Source: Eremomyces bilateralis CBS 781.70
Taxonomy: Eukaryota
DNA: 64,000 nucleotides
Assembly: GCA_010015585.1 (NCBI GenBank)
Contig: ML975157.1
Direction: 5' to 3' (one strand)
The stretch's first letter is position 1; each line of letters starts with the position of its first letter. Shown here piece by piece: positions 62,554 through 64,000 of the stretch. The translations under genes and the position numbers were made by a program. Below the pieces are notes generated by a model. The model saw only the letters and a program-made list of their open reading frames with translations, was not told the DNA's origin and ran no database searches.

Positions 62554-63728
62554 ATGGCTCCCCGTCCCTATTTCAACCAAGCAAAAGAGGTGGTATCTTT
62601 TTACGAGAGTATGCGACTCGAAAAGATAGACGAAACGACATATCGATCAGTTACTAAGGCATACTCACCGACCGGAGGTGAGAATGGTACATATGGAGGT
62701 CATGTCTATTCACAAGCCGCTTGGGCTGCGGCACAAACCGTGGAAGAAGGATTCGTTATTCATGTACGGAATGATCCAATGCCATGCATCTAAATATAAA
62801 CTAACGTGAGCAGAGCATAACAGGATATTTTGTTCTAGGGGGGATACCCTCGGAGCATTATGTGTACTCCGTCCAAATCGTAAGAGACGGCGGTAACTAT
62901 TGTACGCGAATGGTTACAGCCACGCAAATTGCTGAGAAAGGAGCGACGTTTACCTGCACCTGTTCGTTCAAAAGGGCAGAGTTTTCCTCGGTGGACTATC
63001 AATCGAACTTGGATCTTCATGGGAAGTACAAGGCCGTACTAGCCGGAAAACAACCCTTTGATCACCCAGACGCCCCCAGTCTGGATTCAGACTGGTTCCG
63101 TGAAACGTACATACCGGCACATCCGGAGCATTTCAACCCACTGGCAGGGATGCATATCCGGAGTGTTGATATGAGTTCATTCAACACCCGTTTGGCACCT
63201 CATCGCCGACGGAAACTCATCCTCTACTCCCTCCGCGGTTCCCTACCATCACCGGCAACCCCAGCAGCCGATGCCACCCCGACGAAATCGCGCACCCCAA
63301 AATATAAAGGACTGTCGTTCACTCGCGCGGCGAATCTGCACGCCCTCACCCATATCTACGCCTCGGACCGCAACTCCCTCTACGTCATTCCCAACCACCT
63401 CGACCTCAGCCGCAAATATACGCGGATGGCTAGCCTGTCCCATACCGTGATCTTCCATTCATCGCCGGAAACGTTCTTCATGCCGAACGAACCGCGGACG
63501 CACGCGCCGAATGCGGCACAGACCCAGCAGAACACGATCGAAGGGGACGAAGGTCTCTCGACCGGCGAGCGGAAGTGGTTCATGCAGGAATCTTGGATGG
63601 AAAGGGCAAGTGGTGGGCGCTGTCTGCATGTGAGCCGGCACTATGATCCGGATACTGGTTGCCATCTGGCAACCACAATGCAGGATGGGTTGGTGCGGTT
63701 TAGCACTGATGCGGAAGTGAAGCTGTAG
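62554..63728 (+). CDS. Acyl-CoA thioesterase II (double hot-dog, TesB/Tes1/ACOT8 family)
   Basis: TYGGHVYSQAAWAA, VRDGGNYCTR, YASDRN, MASLSHTVIFH, QDGLVR; intron 62764-62813. Confidence 0.9.
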
Positions 63729-64000
63729 GCCTAGTTGTTTGGACCAGTGCTAGAATTCTGACATCGATGGGACATTGTGCATACCGGAGTAGAAATAGGG
63801 GGATGGTGATAAAGTTAAGAGACACGCTTTGAGCAATATTCTGGGTATTCTTAGAATCGCGGAATTACGATACCGTTATTCTAGCAATACATCGCATCTT
63901 TTGTATTGTACTTCCCCCAAATGAATTGGTACTAGATCGATGATTTGAGCTGGCGGTGGCTACAGCGAATGCAGGCCTTTAGCGGAGAAATTTATGACTG

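Overview
Gene-dense, intron-containing eukaryotic DNA from a filamentous ascomycete (Pezizomycotina; short GT-AG introns with CTRAC/CTAAC branch points). Family calls come from motif recognition and manual splicing, not database searches. Conserved genes: Ecl1-like protein, BTB-like protein, acyl-protein thioesterase, HhH-GPD DNA glycosylase, ISY1, a membrane protein, TOM1 HECT ligase, BLOC-1 subunit 1, GH5 mannanase, AA9 LPMO (8 exons), LSM1, polyol dehydrogenase, MARVEL protein, CTF8, a Sel1/TPR-like protein, a U3 snoRNA-associated protein, DPP5 and an acyl-CoA thioesterase. The best leads are: (1) a secreted Cys-rich protein with an M15/LAS-type Zn-peptidase motif, next to an 8-Cys small secreted protein; (2) a glycosylase resembling DEMETER/ROS1; (3) a frameshifted retropepsin-like pseudogene; (4) a repeat-rich island at about 51.9-54.8 kb with an orphan ORF and a probable solo LTR. 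No tRNA, rRNA or CRISPR array was seen, and no multi-gene novel system is firmly established.
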